Program-made: the position numbers and the translations under genes
The notes under the pieces: generated by a model
Told to the model about the DNA's origin: nothing
The model's database searches: none
Seen by the model: the letters and a program-made list of their open reading frames with translations, nothing else
DNA from: Chthonomonadales bacterium
Lineage (GTDB): Bacteria > Armatimonadota > Chthonomonadetes > Chthonomonadales > Chthonomonadaceae
Assembly (NCBI GenBank): GCA_038217285.1
Contig: JBBQPO010000003.1
Span: 1-56,415 of the forward strand
Direction of reading: 5' to 3'
DNA: 56,415 nucleotides
In this document: positions 56,153-56,415 of the stretch, piece by piece
Numbering within the stretch: position 1 is the stretch's first letter
Layout: each line of letters opens with the position of its first letter

Positions 56153-56415
56153 TCAATCGTCTTGGGAATAGATAGCCGATATGTCGCGGCTGCTATGAAG
56201 AACGCGTAGAATTTCAATCGGGCGCTTGCCCGGATCGTAAACGATCAGGTAAGAAAAGACAGGCCAGAACTTTACGGCCTCGTCAGTTAAGTCTTCGCGT
56301 AGATGCCCCGCGCCTGGTGTGCTGCTCAGGAAGATGAACGCCGCCCTAAGTTTCTTAAGGGTAGACTGTGCGGCGCGGAGGCCCGCTTCGCGTTTCAAGT
56401 AAGTTTTGATACCAT
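56153..56415 (-). CDS. RelE/ParE-family toxin (5' end outside the window)
   Basis: Frame open to the edge: GIKTYLKREAG...LSSTPGAGHLREDL...FWPVFSYLIVY...IEILRVLHSSRDI. Confidence 0.85.
   Translation of the reverse strand, partial: GIKTYLKREAGLRAAQSTLKKLRAAFIFLSSTPGAGHLREDLTDEAVKFWPVFSYLIVYDPGKRPIEILRVLHSSRDISAIYSQDD

Overview
GC-rich bacterial chromosomal window, probably Armatimonadota-like (inferred from the GFTLIELLVVIAIIAILAAILFP prepilin style and gene content; not verified). The left edge carries the start of a MoxR AAA+ conflict-type operon running off the window. Then come gndA, a ferredoxin, a secreted beta-rich protein, an ECF sigma / zinc anti-sigma / RseB-like triad, prfB with an intact +1 frameshift, galT with a detached N-terminal peptide, tRNA-Leu and tRNA-Gly, and mltG-yqeG-aroE. 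The core (18.6-50.5 kb) is an unusual type IV filament locus: pilB, a second pilB with a degenerate active site, pilT, pilC, pilD, two paralogous medium prepilins, three very large prepilin-like proteins (645, 740 and 1052 aa), two giant secreted beta-propeller proteins (1703 and 2757 aa) and a parvulin foldase. A recurring AAC-N16/17-CGT(C/T) ECF-type promoter motif precedes the sigma gene and several pilin/adhesin genes, while pilB and pilT have sigma70-type promoters. Two nested inverted-repeat (REPIN/MITE-like) elements lie inside the pil cluster, and one supplies the stop codon of the second pilB. The right end has a c-type heme protein, an ABC exporter, ftcD, a frameshifted TIR-less IS-like element with a Rep-like protein, and a partial RelE/ParE toxin. 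All family assignments come from reading motifs by eye; no searches were run.
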